Source: an uncultured Oscillospiraceae bacterium
GTDB lineage: Bacteria > Bacillota > Clostridia > UMGS1883
DNA length: 41,264 bases
Assembly: GCA_964551215.1 (NCBI GenBank)
Contig: CAZKBV010000004.1
Location: 1 to 41,264 of the forward strand
Direction: 5' to 3'
Below, in pieces: positions 15,886 to 25,633 of this stretch. The notes beneath the pieces are model-generated. The model was not told the DNA's origin, did not search any database, and saw only the letters and a program-made list of their open reading frames with translations. The first letter of the stretch is position 1. The number at the start of each line of letters is the position of its first letter. The translations under genes were made by a program, and so were the position numbers.

Positions 15886-16326
15886 TTAGATCACCTCCAC
15901 CTTACCGCCGGCAGCTGTAATCTTAGCTTCGGCGCCCTTCGTTACGCGGGCTGCCTTAACAGTTACCTTCTTTGTAATTTCGCCTCTTCCGAGTACCGCC
16001 ACGCCGTCCATAATCTTTGAAATGACGCCGGCTTCCTTGAGAGCGGCCGCGTCGATAACCGCGCCGTCATCAAATTTATTAAGCTGAGAAACATTTACCT
16101 CCGCGTAAGACTTTGCAAAAATATTCTTAAAGCCTCTCTTGGGCAAACGTCTGAACAAGGGCATCTGGCCGCCTTCAAAGCCGGGGCGCACACCGCCGCC
16201 GCTGCGCGCGTTCTGGCCCTTATGTCCGCGCCCTGCGGTCTTTCCGTTTCCCGAGCCCGCTCCTCTGCCCTTTCTCTTGGCTTCGGTCTTGCTTCCGGGT
16301 GCGGGTCTAAGCTCATCGAGTTTCAT
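15886..16326 (-). CDS. rplO: 50S ribosomal protein L15
   Basis: L15 sequence starting [15 protein letters not shown] at 16326 follows GAAGGAGGTG; the track TTG at 16344 is an over-extension. Confidence 0.95.
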   Translation of the reverse strand: MKLDELRPAPGSKTEAKRKGRGAGSGNGKTAGRGHKGQNARSGGGVRPGFEGGQMPLFRRLPKRGFKNIFAKSYAEVNVSQLNKFDDGAVIDAAALKEAGVISKIMDGVAVLGRGEITKKVTVKAARVTKGAEAKITAAGGKVEVI

Positions 16327-16340
16327 TTGCCACACCTCCT

Positions 16341-16520
16341 TCAATTTTCTTCAACAGTTACAAGATGGCCCACCTTGTTAATCATGCCTCTTATCTGGGG
16401 CGTGTCATTATGAAGGACCACATCGTTTGTTTTCTTAAGACCGAGAGCCTTAACCGTAGCTATCTGGTCGGCTTTGCGGCCGATTGTGCTCTTTACAAGA
16501 GTTACCTTAAGCTGTGCCAC
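16341..16520 (-). CDS. rpmD: 50S ribosomal protein L30
   Basis: GTG at 16520 lies 6 nt after AAGGAGGAG. Product starts (M)[10 protein letters not shown], 59 aa. Confidence 0.9.
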   Translation of the reverse strand: MAQLKVTLVKSTIGRKADQIATVKALGLKKTNDVVLHNDTPQIRGMINKVGHLVTVEEN

Positions 16521-16533
16521 GTTAATCTCCTCC

Positions 16534-17049
16534 TTACAGTTCTTCAACCGCCTTGCCTCTCAGGCGAGCCACTTCTTCAGCGCTCTTAAGAGAAGCAAGA
16601 CCGGCAATCGTTGCTCTTACAACATTTGTGGGATTGTTGCTGCGAAGGCACTTTGTACGGATATTTTTGATTCCGCATGCCTCCATAACCGCACGCACGC
16701 TGCCTCCGGCGATAACGCCGGTACCTTCCTTGGCGGGCTTTATAAGAACTCTGCCCGCACCGAACTCACCGATTATATCGTGAGGTATTGTATTTTCAAC
16801 AAGGGGGACGGAAATCATATTTTTCTTTGCGTCCTCGATTCCCTTGCGGATAGCGTCGGGAACTTCAGTAGCCTTGCCAAGTCCGCAGCCTACCTTGCCC
16901 TTGCCGTCGCCCACTACCACGAGTGCGCTGAAGCGCATTGTACGGCCGCCCTTTACAGTTTTGGCAACACGGTTGATTCTTACGACCTTTTCGACTATAT
17001 CGCTTTCGGCCGCATTGTTTCTGCGATCATTGCGTTCACGCTCTGCCAT
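16534..17049 (-). CDS. rpsE: 30S ribosomal protein S5
   Basis: 171-aa S5 sequence. Confidence 0.97.
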   Translation of the reverse strand: MAERERNDRRNNAAESDIVEKVVRINRVAKTVKGGRTMRFSALVVVGDGKGKVGCGLGKATEVPDAIRKGIEDAKKNMISVPLVENTIPHDIIGEFGAGRVLIKPAKEGTGVIAGGSVRAVMEACGIKNIRTKCLRSNNPTNVVRATIAGLASLKSAEEVARLRGKAVEEL

Positions 17050-17067
17050 TGTTTCCTTCCTCCTTTC

Positions 17068-17424
17068 TTAGAATTCCAGGCCGCCTTCACGGGCGCCTGC
17101 CGCAAGCTCCGCCACGCGTCCGTGGTAAAGATAGCCGCTGCGGTCGAATACAACCGTATTGATTCCCGCCGCCTTTGCCTTTTCCGCTACCAGCTTGCCA
17201 ACCTTACTTGCCGCCGCCTTGTTTCCGCCGTACTCGCCCTTAAGCTCGAGACTTGACGCGGATACAAGAGTTACGCCCTTTTCATCATCTATGATCTGCG
17301 CGTAAATATTATTAAGGCTTCTGAACACATTAAGACGGGGACGCTGCGCTGTTCCGACAATCTTGTTGCGGATACGGCGGTGTCTCTTAAGTCTTGCCTT
17401 ATTGCTGCTGGGCTTACTAATCAT
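17068..17424 (-). CDS. rplR: 50S ribosomal protein L18
   Basis: 118-aa L18 sequence. Confidence 0.97.
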   Translation of the reverse strand: MISKPSSNKARLKRHRRIRNKIVGTAQRPRLNVFRSLNNIYAQIIDDEKGVTLVSASSLELKGEYGGNKAAASKVGKLVAEKAKAAGINTVVFDRSGYLYHGRVAELAAGAREGGLEF

Positions 17425-17441
17425 ATCGCCAATCTCCTCTC

Positions 17442-17990
17442 TTACTTCTTAGCCTTGCCGACCTTACCTTCCTTGCGTAAGATGCGCTCGGAAACGTACT
17501 TAATGCCCTTGCCCTTATAAGGCTCGGGAGGTCTTTTCTCGCGGATTTCAGCCGCAACCTGACCGACAGTCTGCTTGTCTGCACCCTTAATGATGATGCT
17601 CGTCTGAGAGGGGCACTCGATGGTTATACCTTCAACAGGAGTATATTCAACATTGTGAGAGTAGCCCAAGTTGAGAACAAGCGTCTTGCCCTGCATCTGC
17701 GCTCTGTAACCGACGCCGTTGATTTCAAGCTCCTTGGAAAAGCCGTTTGTTACGCCTTCGACCATGTTGTGAAGCAGACTTCTCGTCAATCCGTGAAGAC
17801 TTTTGTGCGCCTTGTCGTCGCTCGGACGTTCAACCTTCAGAACGCCTGCCTCCTGCTTTATTATCATATCACCGTGAAGCCGGCGGCTGAGAGTACCCTT
17901 CGGACCCTTGACCGTAACAACATTTCCCTCGGCGACATCAACTGTTACTCCGGCGGGAACGGTGATAGGCATTCTTCCTATTCTTGACAT
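17442..17990 (-). CDS. rplF: 50S ribosomal protein L6
   Basis: 182-aa L6 sequence. Confidence 0.97.
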   Translation of the reverse strand: MSRIGRMPITVPAGVTVDVAEGNVVTVKGPKGTLSRRLHGDMIIKQEAGVLKVERPSDDKAHKSLHGLTRSLLHNMVEGVTNGFSKELEINGVGYRAQMQGKTLVLNLGYSHNVEYTPVEGITIECPSQTSIIIKGADKQTVGQVAAEIREKRPPEPYKGKGIKYVSERILRKEGKVGKAKK

Positions 17991-18014
17991 ATTTTCACCA
18001 CCTAATTCTTTTTA

Positions 18015-18413
18015 CTACCAAACGATAGCAAGAACTTCGCCGCCTATTTTTTCAGCTCTTGCCTTTTTATCTGTCATAACGCCCTTGGACGTTGAAACGA
18101 TTGCTATACCGAGTCCCTTATAAACGGAAGGAACCTCGTCCTTGCCGGCATATACTCTGAGGCCGGGCTTGGAAACTCTCTTAAGGCCGGAAATAACCTT
18201 TTCGTTATTTGCGCTGTACTTAAGAGTGATATGAATCATTCCCTGCTTTCCGTCGTCCACTATATCATAAGCCTTGATGTATCCTTCCTCAAGAAGAATC
18301 TGCGCTATAGCCTTCTTCATATTGGAAACGGGAACGTCAACAGCCTTGTGCTTCGCTGAATTTGCGTTACGGATTCTCGTAAGCATATCTGCGATAGGAT
18401 CTGTGATTTGCAT
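18015..18413 (-). CDS. rpsH: 30S ribosomal protein S8
   Basis: 132-aa S8 sequence. Confidence 0.97.
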   Translation of the reverse strand: MQITDPIADMLTRIRNANSAKHKAVDVPVSNMKKAIAQILLEEGYIKAYDIVDDGKQGMIHITLKYSANNEKVISGLKRVSKPGLRVYAGKDEVPSVYKGLGIAIVSTSKGVMTDKKARAEKIGGEVLAIVW

Positions 18414-18443
18414 GAGTAAACCTCCTTTTCCAAAAGCTTATTT

Positions 18444-18629
18444 TTACCAGCTTGCCTTCTTAACGCCGGGGATCTGACCCTTATATGCCAGTTCTCTGAA
18501 GCAGATACGGCATACGCCGTACTTGCGCAGATACGCATGAGGTCTGCCGCAGATTTTGCACCTGTTGTAAGCGCGAGTGCTGTACTTGGGTGTTCTCTGC
18601 TGCTTTAAAACCATAGATTTCTTTGCCAT
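18444..18629 (-). CDS. rpsN: 30S ribosomal protein S14, type Z (zinc-binding, 61 aa)
   Basis: [20 protein letters not shown], a CxxC...CxxC short form. Confidence 0.95.
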   Translation of the reverse strand: MAKKSMVLKQQRTPKYSTRAYNRCKICGRPHAYLRKYGVCRICFRELAYKGQIPGVKKASW

Positions 18630-18643
18630 TCTTTATTACCTCC

Positions 18644-19186
18644 TTAGCCTTTGGTAAAGGGCGCGCCGAGAAGTGTAAGCAGTTCCCGACCCTCTTCGTC
18701 TGTTTTAGCCGTGGTAACGAATACGATATCCATACCCCTTATCTTGTCTATTTTATCATAGTCGATTTCGGGGAAAATGAGCTGTTCCTTGACGCCCAGA
18801 GAGTAGTTGCCTCTGCCGTCGAAGGCGTTGGGATTGATACCTCTGAAGTCGCGCACTCGGGGAAGGGCAACATTGAAGAGACGGTCGATAAATTCATACA
18901 TCTTTTCGCCTCTGAGCGTAACCTTAACGCCGATGTTCATGCCTTCACGTATCTTGAAGTTGGCCACGCTCTTTTTAGCCTTTGTTACTATGGGCTTCTG
19001 GCCGGTTATTTTAGCAAGGTCGCCGGCGGCCGCGTCGATAACCTTGGGGTTATCCTTGGCTTCGCCCAGACCGATGTTTATAACTACCTTCTCAATCTTA
19101 GGAATCTGCATTGTGCTCTTATAGTTAAACTTCTTGAAAAGAGCGGGCGCAACTTCCTGTGTGTAGAGAGTTTTTATTGTAGACAT
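18644..19186 (-). CDS. rplE: 50S ribosomal protein L5
   Basis: 180-aa L5 sequence. Confidence 0.97.
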   Translation of the reverse strand: MSTIKTLYTQEVAPALFKKFNYKSTMQIPKIEKVVINIGLGEAKDNPKVIDAAAGDLAKITGQKPIVTKAKKSVANFKIREGMNIGVKVTLRGEKMYEFIDRLFNVALPRVRDFRGINPNAFDGRGNYSLGVKEQLIFPEIDYDKIDKIRGMDIVFVTTAKTDEEGRELLTLLGAPFTKG

Positions 19187-19203
19187 TTAAGTTGCCTCCT
19201 TTC

Positions 19204-19530
19204 TTACTTTTCGAAGTTTTCGCCGCACTTCTTGCAGACACGAACCTTACTGCCGTCGCTGAGGACAGCGTATCCGATGCGGGTAGGCTTCTGGCACTTG
19301 TCGCAGATATGCATAACGTTTGCGGCGCTGATGGGAGCCTCCTGATGGATAATGCCGCCTATATCTCCCTGCTTGCGGGGCTTCTTATGCTTTGTAGCCA
19401 TATTTACGCCCTCAACGATAACACGGTTTTTCTCGGTGTCAACGCTGAGTACCTTGCCCTTCTTGCTCTTATCATTGCCCGCGATAACCATAACGGTATC
19501 GCCCTTTTTAATGTGAATGTTCTTACTCAT
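19204..19530 (-). CDS. rplX: 50S ribosomal protein L24 with a C-terminal CxxC...CxxC module
   Basis: ATG at 19530 follows GGGAGGT. The 108-aa product has a KOW N-terminus, with C76/C79 and C99/C102 in the tail. Confidence 0.93.
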   Translation of the reverse strand: MSKNIHIKKGDTVMVIAGNDKSKKGKVLSVDTEKNRVIVEGVNMATKHKKPRKQGDIGGIIHQEAPISAANVMHICDKCQKPTRIGYAVLSDGSKVRVCKKCGENFEK

Positions 19531-19544
19531 TGCCTTACCTCCCA

Positions 19545-19913
19545 TTAGAGAACCTCGGGAGCAAGAGAGAGTATCTTCATGTATTCATGGTCCCTCAATT
19601 CTCTCGCAACCGGTCCAAATATACGGGTGCCTCTGGGGTTTTTATCGTCTCTTATTATAACTGCGGCATTTTCGTCGAACTTAATATATGTGCCGTCGGC
19701 TCTGCGCACACCGGTTTGGCTGCGCACGATAACCGCCTTGACAACTTCGCCCTTCTTTACCATACCGCCGGGAGCTGCCTTCTTTACGGAAGCAACTATA
19801 ACATCACCAATATTGCCATATCTTCTAAGGGAGCCGCCCATGACGCGTATGCACATAAGCTCTTTAGCGCCTGTGTTGTCGGCAACCTTCAACAGAGTCT
19901 GCTGTTGGATCAT
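19545..19913 (-). CDS. rplN: 50S ribosomal protein L14
   Basis: 122 aa, starting [17 protein letters not shown]. Confidence 0.97.
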   Translation of the reverse strand: MIQQQTLLKVADNTGAKELMCIRVMGGSLRRYGNIGDVIVASVKKAAPGGMVKKGEVVKAVIVRSQTGVRRADGTYIKFDENAAVIIRDDKNPRGTRIFGPVARELRDHEYMKILSLAPEVL

Positions 19914-19945
19914 GTATCATTCACTCCTTCTTAAATGGGAAAGCC

Positions 19946-20203
19946 TTATTTCGCCTTCTCCACGATTTCTACAAGTCTCCATCTCTTATCGCGGCTGAGC
20001 GGACGGGTTTCCATAACCTTAACGCGGTCGCCCACGCCGCAGGTATTGTTTTCGTCGTGCGCCTTGATTTTAACGGTTCTTTTTACAACCTTACCATAGA
20101 GAGGGTGTTTAACGCTGTCTTGAATTGCGACAACAATTGTTTTGTCCATTTTGTCACTTACAACTTTACCGATTCTTACCTTACGATAATTTCTTTCGGA
20201 CAT
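19946..20203 (-). CDS. rpsQ: 30S ribosomal protein S17
   Basis: 85-aa S17 sequence. Confidence 0.97.
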   Translation of the reverse strand: MSERNYRKVRIGKVVSDKMDKTIVVAIQDSVKHPLYGKVVKRTVKIKAHDENNTCGVGDRVKVMETRPLSRDKRWRLVEIVEKAK

Positions 20204-20224
20204 TATATTTCCTCCTTTCTATGT

Positions 20225-20425
20225 TCAGCGTCCCGCTTCGATTTCTCTTTCGCGAATAACCGTGTTGACCTTGGCGATGTCCTTCTTGGTGAGGGATATT
20301 TTCAAGGGGTTTTCAAGCTGGTTTGTCGCGTGCTGAAATCTCAGATTGAACAGCTCTTTTTTAAGGTCTGCAAGCTTCGCCTGTAATTCTTCCGCGCTCA
20401 AATCGCGAATTTCGTTAATTTTCAT
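20225..20425 (-). CDS. rpmC: 50S ribosomal protein L29
   Basis: Internal ATG gives [18 protein letters not shown], 66 aa. The 100-aa track ORF is an over-extension into rplP. Confidence 0.93.
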   Translation of the reverse strand: MKINEIRDLSAEELQAKLADLKKELFNLRFQHATNQLENPLKISLTKKDIAKVNTVIREREIEAGR

Positions 20426-20855
20426 TAGCTTCAGCCTCCGTTTCCTGATTCTCCTTGGCAACGAATTTGCACTTAACGGGGAGCTTGTGCATGGCAAGAC
20501 GGAGCGCCTCGCGGGCAACATCTTCATCCACGCCGCCTATTTCAAACATTACCCTGCCGGGCTTTACAACCGCAACCCAATATTCGGGAGAGCCCTTACC
20601 GCTACCCATTCGGGTTTCGGCAGGCTTCTCGGTGATGGGCTTGTCGGGGAAAATTTTAATCCATACCTGACCGCCGCGCTTTGTGTAACGCGTCATGGCA
20701 ATACGGGCGGCTTCAATCTGGTTGCTTGTTATCCAAGCCGGCTCCAGCGCCTGAAGACCGTAATCGCCGTAGGTAACGGTATTGCCGCGTGTCGCCTTGC
20801 CTGTCATGCGGCCGCGGAACTGCTTTCTGTGTTTAACTCTTTTGGGCATTAACAT
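20415..20855 (-). CDS. rplP: 50S ribosomal protein L16
   Basis: Starts [15 protein letters not shown], 146 aa. TAATG overlap with the rpsC stop. Confidence 0.95.
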   Translation of the reverse strand: MLMPKRVKHRKQFRGRMTGKATRGNTVTYGDYGLQALEPAWITSNQIEAARIAMTRYTKRGGQVWIKIFPDKPITEKPAETRMGSGKGSPEYWVAVVKPGRVMFEIGGVDEDVAREALRLAMHKLPVKCKFVAKENQETEAEANEN

Positions 20856-21523
20856 TATTTGCGTCCCCCTTCCTGAGTCTTGGGCTTTCTGCTCTCGGGA
20901 AGAATCTCGCCCTTGTAGATCCAAACCTTGCAGCCTATTTTGCCGTAGGTTGTGTTTGCTTCCGCAAAGCCGTAATCAATGTCGGCACGGAGCGTCTGCA
21001 GGGGAATCGTACCCTCATGGTACTGTTCGACTCTCGCGATTTCCGCGCCGCCCAGACGACCGGAGCACATTGTCTTTATACCCTTTGCGCCGAATCTCAT
21101 GCTGCCTCTCATGGCGCCCTTCATAGCGCGGCGGAACGACACTCTCTTTTCAAGCTGAGCCGCGATTCCTTCGGCAACAAGCTGAGCGCTGAGCTCGGGC
21201 TGCTTAACCTCCGCGATGTTTATATATACCTGCTTATCCGTAAGCTTGGAAACCTCGCCCTTAAGCTTATCGATGTTCTCCCCCTTGGGGCCTATGACAA
21301 GACCGGGCTTGGCGGTATGAACGGTGATACGGATGGTATTTGCCTTCTTTTCGATTTCGATTTTGGGAACGCCTACTGCGTAAAGCTTTTTCTTAAGGAA
21401 CTCGCGGATTTTGTAATCCTCAACGAGATTGTCGCCGAAGCTGCTGTGTGCGGCGTACCATCTGGAGTCCCAATCCTTGATAATGCCAACTCTTATACCA
21501 TGGGGATTAACTTTCTGACCCAT
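20855..21523 (-). CDS. rpsC: 30S ribosomal protein S3
   Basis: 222-aa S3 sequence with a KH domain. Confidence 0.97.
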   Translation of the reverse strand: MGQKVNPHGIRVGIIKDWDSRWYAAHSSFGDNLVEDYKIREFLKKKLYAVGVPKIEIEKKANTIRITVHTAKPGLVIGPKGENIDKLKGEVSKLTDKQVYINIAEVKQPELSAQLVAEGIAAQLEKRVSFRRAMKGAMRGSMRFGAKGIKTMCSGRLGGAEIARVEQYHEGTIPLQTLRADIDYGFAEANTTYGKIGCKVWIYKGEILPESRKPKTQEGGRK

Positions 21524-21538
21524 AATCTTACGCCTCCT

Positions 21539-21886
21539 TTACTCTTTCTCTTTAACAACGATTGTAATGTGACTTGTTCTCTTCATAATGCGAAACGCTC
21601 TGCCCTGCGCTCTGGGACGGATTCTCTTGAGTGTGGGGCCTTCGTTCGCGTAAATTTCGGATATATAAAGATTGTCCCTGCTCATGCCGAAGTTGTTTTC
21701 GGCGTTAGCAACGGCGCTTCCAAGAAGCTTTATCAGCAGCTCGCTCGCGGCCTTGGGTGTATTATAAAGGATACCCATAGCTTCGCCAACGGGCTTGTTT
21801 CTGATAAGGTCATTTACAATGTTGACTTTTCTGGGGGAAATGCGCGCATAGCGCAAAACCGCCCTGGCTTCCTTTCTAGCCTCCAT
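21539..21886 (-). CDS. rplV: 50S ribosomal protein L22
   Basis: 115-aa L22 sequence. Confidence 0.97.
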   Translation of the reverse strand: MEARKEARAVLRYARISPRKVNIVNDLIRNKPVGEAMGILYNTPKAASELLIKLLGSAVANAENNFGMSRDNLYISEIYANEGPTLKRIRPRAQGRAFRIMKRTSHITIVVKEKE

Positions 21887-21916
21887 TATGTTTGTCCTCC
21901 TTACTTAAATTAGCTC

Positions 21917-22189
21917 TTACTTGGAGCTCTTTGCGCCCTGATGGCCTTTAAAGGTTCTTGTGGGAGCGAACTCGCCAAGCTTATGTCCCACCATATCCTC
22001 GGTTACATATACGGGGACGTGCTTGCGCCCGTCGTGAACTGCGATTGTGTGGCCGACAAATTCAGGGAATATGGTGGAGCTGCGGGACCAAGTTTTGAGA
22101 ACTCTTTTTTCCCCCGCTTCATTCATTGCTTCTATTCTTGCCAAAAGCTTGGGTTCCACGAAGGGACCCTTCTTCAAAGATCTGCTCAT
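21917..22189 (-). CDS. rpsS: 30S ribosomal protein S19
   Basis: 90 aa, starting [10 protein letters not shown]. Confidence 0.97.
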   Translation of the reverse strand: MSRSLKKGPFVEPKLLARIEAMNEAGEKRVLKTWSRSSTIFPEFVGHTIAVHDGRKHVPVYVTEDMVGHKLGEFAPTRTFKGHQGAKSSK

Positions 22190-22214
22190 ACTCTCATTCC
22201 TTTCTTAAGCCTGC

Positions 22215-23045
22215 TTACTTCTGCTTGCGGCTCTTAACGATAAACTTATTGGAGGCCTTTTTATGCTTTCTTGTCTTAAGACCGAGAGCGGGCTTGCCCC
22301 AAGGAGTAACAGGAGAAGGCATACCTACGGGCGACTTGCCTTCACCGCCGCCGTGCGGATGGTCGTTGGGGTTCATAACAACGCCGCGGACGGTGGGTCT
22401 CCAGCCCATGTGACGGCGGCGGCCTGCGCTGCCGAGAGAAATATTCTCGTGGTCAAGGTTGCCCACCTGACCTACCGTAGCCATACATACAAGGCTTATC
22501 ATGCGAACCTCGCCGCTGGGGAGACGAACCTGAGCGTAATTGCCTTCCTTAGCCATAAGCTGAGCGCTGTTGCCGGCCGCTCTTACAAGCTGGCCGCCCT
22601 TGCCGGGCTGAAGCTCGATGTTGTGGATTATTGTACCGACGGGGATAGCGCTGAGGGGAAGGGCATTGCCGGGACGGATGTCCGCGTGTTCGCCGTTTTC
22701 GATAACGTCGCCGACCTTAAGGCCGTTGGGCGCGATTATATACTTCTTCTCGCCGTCCTCGTACTGAACAAGAGCGATGTTCGCGCTTCTGTTGGGATCG
22801 TACTCTATTGTAAGAACGGTTGCGCTGCCGATTTTGTTGCGCTTGAAGTCGATAACTCTGTATTTTCTTTTAACGCCGCCGCCGCGATGACGAACGGTGA
22901 TTCTGCCGTAGGAATTCCTGCCGGCCTTGGACTTAAGAGGTTCAAGGAGAGAACGCTCGGGGGTTGTGCAGGTGATTTCCTCGAAGGTGGAAACCGTCAT
23001 GCCTCTGCGAGCGGGAGAGGTCGGTTTATATTTCTTTATTGCCAT
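22215..23045 (-). CDS. rplB: 50S ribosomal protein L2
   Basis: 276-aa L2 sequence. Confidence 0.97.
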   Translation of the reverse strand: MAIKKYKPTSPARRGMTVSTFEEITCTTPERSLLEPLKSKAGRNSYGRITVRHRGGGVKRKYRVIDFKRNKIGSATVLTIEYDPNRSANIALVQYEDGEKKYIIAPNGLKVGDVIENGEHADIRPGNALPLSAIPVGTIIHNIELQPGKGGQLVRAAGNSAQLMAKEGNYAQVRLPSGEVRMISLVCMATVGQVGNLDHENISLGSAGRRRHMGWRPTVRGVVMNPNDHPHGGGEGKSPVGMPSPVTPWGKPALGLKTRKHKKASNKFIVKSRKQK

Positions 23046-23066
23046 TTGTTTTCACTCCTTCTCTTA

Positions 23067-23357
23067 TTACATTAAGCCGTCGAAGAACTCGATTGTCTTG
23101 CTGTCTTCCTTAAGCTTTACAACAGCCTTTTTCCAGTCGGGTCTTTTGCCGGAATTAGCGCCCATGCGCTTAATTTTGCCGAGAACGCGCATTGTGGTTA
23201 CTTTTTCAACCTTAACGCCGAAAATTTCCTCGATTGCGTTCTTTATTTCGATTTTATTGGCCTCTTTAGCAACCTCGAAGGTGTACTTTCTGTCGGCCAT
23301 CTGATTCATTGAATGTTCTGTGATTATAGGTCTTTTAACAACTTCATAGGTATTCAT
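23067..23357 (-). CDS. rplW: 50S ribosomal protein L23
   Basis: 96-aa L23 sequence. Confidence 0.97.
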   Translation of the reverse strand: MNTYEVVKRPIITEHSMNQMADRKYTFEVAKEANKIEIKNAIEEIFGVKVEKVTTMRVLGKIKRMGANSGKRPDWKKAVVKLKEDSKTIEFFDGLM

Positions 23358-23980
23358 TATGCATATACCTCCTCAAGCTTTTGGAGGGCGTCCTTAGCGA
23401 GTACCAGCTTATCGTGGGCAAGTATCGCGTATACGTTCAGCATACCGACATAGGAAGCGTCAACGCCTTCAATGTTTCTTGCGGAAAGATACACGTTCTT
23501 TTCCATATCCGCGGTAACGATAAGAGCCTTTTCACTTACCTCCATAGCCTCAAGCATGGAAGCGATTGTCTTTGTCTTAATCTCGTCCATTTTAAGAGCG
23601 TCAACAACGAGAACGTCGCTGTCCGCGGCCTTGCTGCTGAGAGCGCTTACCATGGCGAGCCTCTTAACCTTCTTGTTAAGACTGTAGGAATAATCTCTGG
23701 GCTTGGGACCGAGCGCTACGCCGCCCTTAGTCCACTGAGGAGCTCTTGTGGAGCCCTGTCTTGCGCGGCCCGTACCCTTCTGTCTGAAGGGCTTCTTGCC
23801 GCCGCCCTTGACCTCTGTGCGGGTCTTGGTGCTTTGTGTACCCTGTCTTTGGTTGGCAAGATAGTTGACAACCGTGTCGTGAAGAACGCTGTTGTTTACC
23901 TCGGCGCCGAAAATTGCCGCGTTAAGCTCAACCTCGCCGACCTTGCCGCCCTGCATATTATATAATGCTGCTGTAGGCAT
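23357..23980 (-). CDS. rplD: 50S ribosomal protein L4
   Basis: 207-aa L4 sequence. Confidence 0.97.
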   Translation of the reverse strand: MPTAALYNMQGGKVGEVELNAAIFGAEVNNSVLHDTVVNYLANQRQGTQSTKTRTEVKGGGKKPFRQKGTGRARQGSTRAPQWTKGGVALGPKPRDYSYSLNKKVKRLAMVSALSSKAADSDVLVVDALKMDEIKTKTIASMLEAMEVSEKALIVTADMEKNVYLSARNIEGVDASYVGMLNVYAILAHDKLVLAKDALQKLEEVYA

Positions 23981-24008
23981 TTATAAGCATCTCCTTTCCG
24001 TATTAGGC

Positions 24009-24641
24009 TTACGCCTTTACTGTATTCTTTATTACTACGATTCCGCCCTTTGCGCCGGGAACGGCGCCTCTTACAAGGATAAGGTTTCTTTCCGTGTCAA
24101 CTCGTACAACGTCCAGATTCTGAACGGTAACCTTTTCCGCGCCCATGTGGCCGGCAAGCTTCTTGCCCTTCATAACTCTCGAAGGCGTGGAGCACGCGCC
24201 CAAAGAGCCGGGGTGACGATGAACCGGGCCTGTACCGTGAGTTTCCTTAAGGCGGTGGAAGCCCCAGCGCTTAATAACGCCGGCGTAGCCCTTGCCCTTG
24301 CTCGTACCCGTAACGTCAACCTTGTCGCCTTCCGCGAAAACGTCGCACTTGATTTCGTCGCCAAGGTTAAGAGCGCTTACGTCGTCAAGACGGAACTCCT
24401 TAAGAACCTTGCGCACGCTTACGCCGCTCTTCTTGAAGTGGCCCATCTCGGCCTTGTTGGAATGTTTTTCCTTCTTTTCGCCGAAGCCCACCTGAACGGC
24501 TTCGTAACCGTCGATTTCAACGGTTTTCTTCTGAATTACGGGGCAGGGACCGGCTTCAATAACAGTAACCGGAACTACTTTGCCTGCGGCGTCGAAGATT
24601 TGCGTCATGCCAATCTTCTTGCCAATGATTGCCTTCTGCAT
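24009..24641 (-). CDS. rplC: 50S ribosomal protein L3
   Basis: 210-aa L3 sequence. Confidence 0.97.
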   Translation of the reverse strand: MQKAIIGKKIGMTQIFDAAGKVVPVTVIEAGPCPVIQKKTVEIDGYEAVQVGFGEKKEKHSNKAEMGHFKKSGVSVRKVLKEFRLDDVSALNLGDEIKCDVFAEGDKVDVTGTSKGKGYAGVIKRWGFHRLKETHGTGPVHRHPGSLGACSTPSRVMKGKKLAGHMGAEKVTVQNLDVVRVDTERNLILVRGAVPGAKGGIVVIKNTVKA

Positions 24642-24717
24642 AAAATTTGTCCTCCTTAATATGGTTATTGGTTGACCCTGCGGCCAACATTACCTAAGCC
24701 CAAACCTTGGCGCTCTC

Positions 24718-25047
24718 TTACTTGTTTTTCTTGTCGATGAGCTTAACATCAATGCTCACGCCGGCGGGAACGTCCAGCTTGCCGAGAGCTTCCATTGTTT
24801 TGGGAGTGGGGTTGAGAATGTCGATCAATCTCTTATGAGTTCTCTGCTCGAACTGCTCGCGGCTGTCCTTATACTTATGAACGGCGCGGAGGATTGTAAC
24901 GATTTCCTTCTCGGTAGGAAGAGGGATGGGACCGGAAACCGTAGAGCCTGTTCTCTTGGCTGTTTCCACAATTTTTTCTGCGGACTGGTCAAGAAGAACG
25001 TGGTCGTAACCCTTAATCCTGATTCTCATTTTTTGCTTTGCTGCCAT
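24718..25047 (-). CDS. rpsJ: 30S ribosomal protein S10
   Basis: ATG at 25047 follows AGGAGG. Product starts [16 protein letters not shown], 109 aa. The 170-aa track ORF runs in frame into the untranslated leader. Confidence 0.95.
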   Translation of the reverse strand: MAAKQKMRIRIKGYDHVLLDQSAEKIVETAKRTGSTVSGPIPLPTEKEIVTILRAVHKYKDSREQFEQRTHKRLIDILNPTPKTMEALGKLDVPAGVSIDVKLIDKKNK

Positions 25048-25334
25048 ACATGTGCCTCCTAAATATAAATAGTATTTGTGACTCATGCGGCTCCTGTACA
25101 TGGTGCCGGGTGTTTCACCCTTTCCCATACTAAAACCCGGAGCACTGCTTCCGGGTACACATGAAGATGGGCGCGGAGAGCCTCGGCCCTCCAACGTCGA
25201 ATTCTTTCGACAAACGCAAAGCTTTATCATGTTGTACAGTGACTGCCGCCCGGCTTCGCGAGCCGGACATTCTCCACGGAAAAACCCGAGTCAAGCTCGG
25301 CAACCTCCCGCTTCTTCGTATGTCATGTCACAGC
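25048..25334 (-). promoter_or_regulatory. Long GC-rich structured 5' leader of the S10 operon; candidate r-protein autoregulatory or attenuator RNA
   Basis: About 285 nt between the predicted TSS and the rpsJ ATG. Several local hairpins are readable: CCGAG-CTTGA-CTCGG followed by TTTTT; CCGGCT-CGCGA-AGCCGG; GTCGAA-AGAA-TTCGAC; ACCCGGA-8nt-TCCGGGT; GGGTG-AAA-CACCC. Confidence 0.45.
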
Positions 25335-25340
25335 GTTAAT

Positions 25341-25369
25341 ATTATACACAAATATTATCCCGATTGCAA
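25341..25369 (-). promoter_or_regulatory. Strong SigA-type promoter of the S10-spc-alpha cluster
   Basis: Minus sense reads TTGCAA (25369-25364), 17-nt spacer, TATAAT (25346-25341). An A/T-rich UP-like tract lies immediately upstream (25370-25420). Confidence 0.7.
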
Positions 25370-25525
25370 GCGGTTTGAAAAAAAAATTTACATTTTTTTC
25401 ATTTTCGTAAAAACTGCACAAAATTTTCATGTAAAATTTGCCGATTATGCGCATAACGCTTTATTTTATATGACGTTTTCGTAAGAGGCGTCGTTTTCGC
25501 CGCGGTAAAATATACAAAAAAGCGC

Positions 25526-25557
25526 AAAAAAACGAGGCGCAATCCCCCGCTCGCGCC
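25526..25557 (-). terminator. Weak candidate terminator downstream of the SLH surface protein gene
   Basis: Minus sense has a GGCGC-12nt-GCGCC stem followed by TCGTTTTTTTGCGCTTTTTT. The stem is only 5 bp but the U-tract is long. Confidence 0.4.
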
Positions 25558-25591
25558 GAGCTTGGCCGCGCCCCGTTCGTTATACGGCTTT

Positions 25592-25630
25592 CGCGCTTGA
25601 CGCGGGATTCGTCAAGCGCGAATCGTTTTT
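25592..25630 (+). terminator. Plus-strand-oriented terminator-like hairpin abutting the 3' end of the minus-strand SLH gene
   Basis: 10-bp stem CGCGCTTGAC / GTCAAGCGCG with a 9-nt loop, followed on the plus strand by AATCGTTTTT. Confidence 0.4.
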
Positions 25631-25633
25631 GCA

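Noticed and set aside
14328-24659. Series of long plus-strand ORFs (14328-15335, 16474-17256, 18623-19345, 21017-21913, 22263-23075, 23381-23965, 23892-24659)
   Set aside because: All lie antisense to unmistakable ribosomal protein, secY or adk genes. They are frame shadows, not genes.
24718-25230. 170-aa version of the rpsJ ORF
   Set aside because: S10 homology begins at [16 protein letters not shown] (ATG 25047), which has an AGGAGG RBS. The upstream 61 codons are an in-frame read through the structured leader.
25080-25334. Independent housekeeping RNA (RNase P, SRP, 6S, tmRNA) in the GC-rich block upstream of rpsJ
   Set aside because: I could not find the conserved cores, such as the RNase P GAGGAAAGUCCGGGC-type motif, the SRP domain IV GGAA/AGCA loops, or a tmRNA tag ORF. 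The position between promoter and rpsJ favours a cis leader.
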